NCBI GenBank assembly: GCA_030704615.1
Contig: CM060732.1
Location: 37,014,001-37,078,000 of the forward strand
From: Takakia lepidozioides
Lineage: Eukaryota > Plantae > Bryophyta
DNA length: 64,000 nt
Direction: 5' to 3'
The notes beneath the pieces were generated by a model that was not told where the DNA came from, did no database searches, and was given only the letters and a program-made list of their open reading frames with translations. Position 1 is the first letter of the stretch. Each line of letters opens with the position of its first letter. The position numbers were made by a program, and so were the translations under genes. This document shows, piece after piece, positions 60,356 to 64,000 of this stretch.

Positions 60356-62671
60356 ATGCAAGGAGCGTCGGTGGCTCTAGCCTGTCTATTCGATGCGGTG
60401 GGTGATTCTGTGGCTGCTCAGCTGCCCACTGGTGGCTTTTTGAAAAGTCCAAGAGCGCCAGACTTCTGGCGCACAAAGGAGGCCTTTTCGATTGAGGGCC
60501 AGTTGAACCCTTGCGTGAAAGCAGAGCTAGCTACCATGATACAAGGTCAAGCGCAATGTGGCGATGTGAGGACACTATGTAGGGCAGGGCAATTGAGAGG
60601 AGCAGTCCACATTTTGAACCATCAAAGCATTTCAGAAGATTCCGATACATATGTCAGTCTCTTGCAGGATTGCATGAACATGAAGGCCCTAACAGAAGGA
60701 AAGCAGGTGCACAGTCACCTGATCCAAAGTGGACTTAAGCCAAACATCTTTCTACTCAACACCCTTGCCAACATGTATGCCAAGTGCGGCAGCATGGTTG
60801 ATGCACGTCAAGTGTTTGACAAAATGCCTGAACGAAATTTGTTTACATGGACTATAATGATGGGAGGGTATGCCAATCATGGGTATGGAAGGGAGGCTCT
60901 GGATATCTATGATCAAATGATAGGGGAAGGGGTGATACTGAACAGGGTCACTTTCATTTGTGTTCTCAAGGCATGTGGCAGTTTGGGAATCCTGGTGAAG
61001 GGCAAAGAGGTCCATGCTGCCATCATTAAGGCTGGAATTCCACCAGATATCATTCTGGAGACTGCCCTTACTGACATGTATGCCAAATGCGGGAGCGTAA
61101 AGGATGCACGCCAAGTGTTTGACAATATGGCTCAACGAAATGTCGTGACATGGAACGCAATGATCACAGGATATGCCAAGCATGGGTGTGGTAGAGATGC
61201 TTTGGAGATATATGAGCAGATGATACGGGAAGGGGTGAAACCCAACAGGGTCACGTTTATCTGCATTCTGAAGGCATGTGCCAGCCTCAGAGCCCTGGAA
61301 AGGGGCAAAGAGGTCCATACCAACATCATCAAAGCTGGAATTGTGCCAGATATCATTCTGCAAACTGCCCTCACTGACATGTATATAAAATGTGGAAGCA
61401 TGAAGGAGGCCCGCCAAGTGTTTGACTGTATGGCTCAGCGAAATATAATCTCATGGAGTACCATGATCACAGGATATGCTCAGCATGGGTTTGGTAAGGA
61501 GTCTTTCAAGATCTATGAGGAAATGATACGCGAAGGGGTGACACCTGACAAGATCACATTCATTTGCATTGTCAATGCTTGTGCCAGCCTTGCAGCTCTG
61601 GAGAAGGGCAAAGGGGTGCATGCTGACATCGTCAAAGCTGGGATCGTGTCAGACGTCATTTTGGAGACTGCCCTTATTGATATGTATGCCAAATGTGGCA
61701 GCGTAAATGATGCACGTCAAGTGTTCGACAAAATGGCTAAGCGAAATGTGGTTTCATGGAATGTGATGATAGCAGGATATGGTCAGCATGGGTTTGGTTG
61801 GGAGGCTCTCTGGCTATTTGAAGAACTGATACAGGAAGGCTTGAAGCCGACCGTTATCACCTTTACATGCCTTCTGTCTGCATGTAGCCATGTGGGCCTT
61901 GTGGATGAAGGTGTTCACTACTTCGATTCCATGTTTCAAGATCATGGCGTTACTCCTACAGTGGAGCATTTCGCCTGCGTGGTGGATCTTCTTGGCCGTG
62001 CAGGGCGGCTGAATGAGGCAGAGGACTTCATTAACAAAATGCCAATCGAACCAGGTCCTTCGGTGTGGGGGGCCTTGCTTGGTGCCTGCAGAATTCACTG
62101 CAATGTGAAGCTCGCAGAACGTGTCGCAAAATGCGTTCTCAAGTGTGATCCACAGGATGCCGCAACTTATGTGCTGCTATCAAACATCTATGCTGCAGCT
62201 GGCAGGTGGGATGATACAGCAAAGGTTAGGAAAATGATGAAGGATAGAGGTGTGAAGAAGCAGGCAGGTCGTAGCTGCATTGAGGTTGACAACCATGTGA
62301 ACACATTTGTTGTAGAAGACAAATTGCATCCGCAAATTGAGGAAATCCACGTGGAGCTGAAGAGATTGTCTGGGCTGATGAAGGAGGCTGGGTATGTGCC
62401 TGACACACGCTTTGTATTGCATGACGTGGAGGATGAGGAAAAGGCATCTTCTCTTTGCTACCACAGTGAGAAGCTGGCCATTGCTTTTGGGCTAATCAGA
62501 TCGCCCCCTGGGACACCTATCCACATCATCAAGAACCTCCGGATGTGTGGTGACTGTCACACTGCCACCAAATTCATCTCAAAGATTGTTGGGCGAGCAG
62601 TTGTCGTACGAGATGCGAACCGTTTTCACCACTTCCAAGATGGGGTTTGTTCTTGTGGGGATTACTGGTGA
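60356..62671 (+). CDS. PLS-class PPR protein with E1/E2/DYW domains (organellar C-to-U RNA editing factor)
   Basis: Single ORF with first ATG at 60356; 14 PLS motifs ending P2-L2-S2, then E1/E2 and deaminase HSEKLA...CGDCH...CSCGDYW; start codon uncertain. Confidence 0.95.
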   Translation: MQGASVALACLFDAVGDSVAAQLPTGGFLKSPRAPDFWRTKEAFSIEGQLNPCVKAELATMIQGQAQCGDVRTLCRAGQLRGAVHILNHQSISEDSDTYVSLLQDCMNMKALTEGKQVHSHLIQSGLKPNIFLLNTLANMYAKCGSMVDARQVFDKMPERNLFTWTIMMGGYANHGYGREALDIYDQMIGEGVILNRVTFICVLKACGSLGILVKGKEVHAAIIKAGIPPDIILETALTDMYAKCGSVKDARQVFDNMAQRNVVTWNAMITGYAKHGCGRDALEIYEQMIREGVKPNRVTFICILKACASLRALERGKEVHTNIIKAGIVPDIILQTALTDMYIKCGSMKEARQVFDCMAQRNIISWSTMITGYAQHGFGKESFKIYEEMIREGVTPDKITFICIVNACASLAALEKGKGVHADIVKAGIVSDVILETALIDMYAKCGSVNDARQVFDKMAKRNVVSWNVMIAGYGQHGFGWEALWLFEELIQEGLKPTVITFTCLLSACSHVGLVDEGVHYFDSMFQDHGVTPTVEHFACVVDLLGRAGRLNEAEDFINKMPIEPGPSVWGALLGACRIHCNVKLAERVAKCVLKCDPQDAATYVLLSNIYAAAGRWDDTAKVRKMMKDRGVKKQAGRSCIEVDNHVNTFVVEDKLHPQIEEIHVELKRLSGLMKEAGYVPDTRFVLHDVEDEEKASSLCYHSEKLAIAFGLIRSPPGTPIHIIKNLRMCGDCHTATKFISKIVGRAVVVRDANRFHHFQDGVCSCGDYW

Positions 62672-62990
62672 AACAATCATAATGCATGAAAGAAAACTCA
62701 TCAAATGTGAGGGTGGAAAGGTCATTATTTCTGTGAGCAGACTACCAATACTGAAACCAACAATGTCTCATTTATCACAAAAGTCAGTACACTTTCCATG
62801 AGCTGCTCATGGTGATGATCTCTCTCTCAACCAGCAAAACCAAAGTATCTGAAATCTGAACCCAGTGACAGAAGAAAGCTTGACAAATACCTTTGAAGGC
62901 TCGAAGCTGAAACATTTAATTATTCCCCATGTGCCTCAGGCCACAGATCTCTGAGACATCCCCAAGGCCTACACAATCCTTGATCCCACT

Positions 62991-64000
62991 GTTTTTTGTG
63001 TTTTGGGTTTTTTTTTCTTTTTTTCTTTTTTTTCTTTTCAAACAGTGGGTAGAGGCCCTGGACAAGTTTATTGAAAATAGGGGAAAACAGGAGAACGGAG
63101 GAAAAAATAACCTCCAGGGATGCCATAAAGGCGTATCACATGGGGAACAGCACTGATAGGGATGGGGGTGAACTGCAGGAACAAGCCGGATCGTGGTTAA
63201 ACTATGGTGCCTTAGTGATGATGATGAAAGAGCCCAAAGTCTTGAGATGAGCCAAAAGAAGAAGCTCCAGGATGATGAAGGAGCCCCAAGTCTTGAAAAG
63301 AACCAAAAGAAGGGGCAGAGAGCTGTAGTATGCTACCAATCCTAGGGGAAGGGTAACAGTATAACAAGTCCTGAAAACAAAGAGACTATCAACGACCGAA
63401 ATCTAGATGCACTTTAGATTTAGAACTGTGGGTCTTGTTGTGCTTCTAGTTGATGTCTGGTGCATCCGACTCAGCCGGTGACTTGCCAAGAGACGGGGAG
63501 GTGGTCGTGCCATGTAATTCGAGACTCATCGATTCTGGAGCAGAGGATGTCATCTTTGGCCCAAGTGGTGTCGAAATCCGCAAGCAGCTGCCGGCTCCTG
63601 CCTTCACTGCACCTGTTGATGGCTGTTTTGCAAGGACACCCAAGCCTTACGCCCCTCAGTCATTAGATCCGAATACAATTTGCAGAGTATCAGTCTGATG
63701 ATGCTGGGGCGTTTTCCCTCAAAGATCAAAACACATCTGGCCTTCCATATTGCCCATAGCATGTGTGCTCTAAGACAGGCCCAGATCGGGCATCCGTTCC
63801 AAGCAGCGCTTCTATGTAAATTAAGCAACATGAGAGGAGCTGATAGGGGTGGGAGGGCCTGCCAATGGGAATAGAAGCTTGCCACTATAGTCCAAATCCT
63901 AGCAGGAAGGTGGCAGGTGAGCAAAACATGCTCCAAGGTTTCATTGTAACCACAGTTGCATATCAGGCAGGCAGGGTTCTGGCCCTGGAGGTTGGCTGCC
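62991..64000 (-). mobile_element. 3' part of an L1-type LINE related to the 35-42 kb element
   Basis: CLICNCGYNETLEHVLLTC zf-RVT; CPIWACLRAHMLWAIWKARC resembles CPIWESLRGIILWEIWKMRY at about 41660; A-rich tail (T tract 62992-63037 on +). Confidence 0.8.

Noticed and set aside
60752-62464. Long antisense ORFs over the PPR gene, and similar ORFs over the TPR gene and LINEs
   Set aside because: Shadow frames of real coding sequence with no independent features

Overview
Eukaryotic nuclear DNA from a land plant, most likely seed-free (bryophyte-like PPR style, CMT structure and RTE-X LINEs; the species cannot be determined from this window). Host genes: (1) a long coiled-coil protein gene entering from the left, with small + strand exons from 585 to about 20028 and introns filled with RTE-X-type LINEs; (2) a USP-domain RLCK-VI receptor-like cytoplasmic kinase (23445-28478, 11 exons); (3) a chromomethylase CMT (44045-56214, 22 exons, about 956 aa); (4) a small transmembrane TPR protein (- strand, 57022-58525); (5) an intronless PLS-class DYW PPR editing factor (about 60356-62671). 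Between them lie a decayed Prp43/DHX15 fragment, a 1.1-kb long-inverted-repeat element with a possible F-box cargo, a probable solo LTR, a near-full-length L1-type LINE, MITE-like elements and the 3' part of a second L1. Most interesting observations: an L1 ORF1 that appears to continue past its zinc knuckle into a Nudix-fold-like domain lacking the catalytic box; RTE-X elements whose ORF1 runs in frame into the endonuclease (AAG in one copy, TAG in the other) and which appear to insert into their own (CATTT)n tails; and two independent intron-exon duplications in CMT, each creating a decoy acceptor that leads to a premature stop. All exon models and homologies were read by eye, without database searches.
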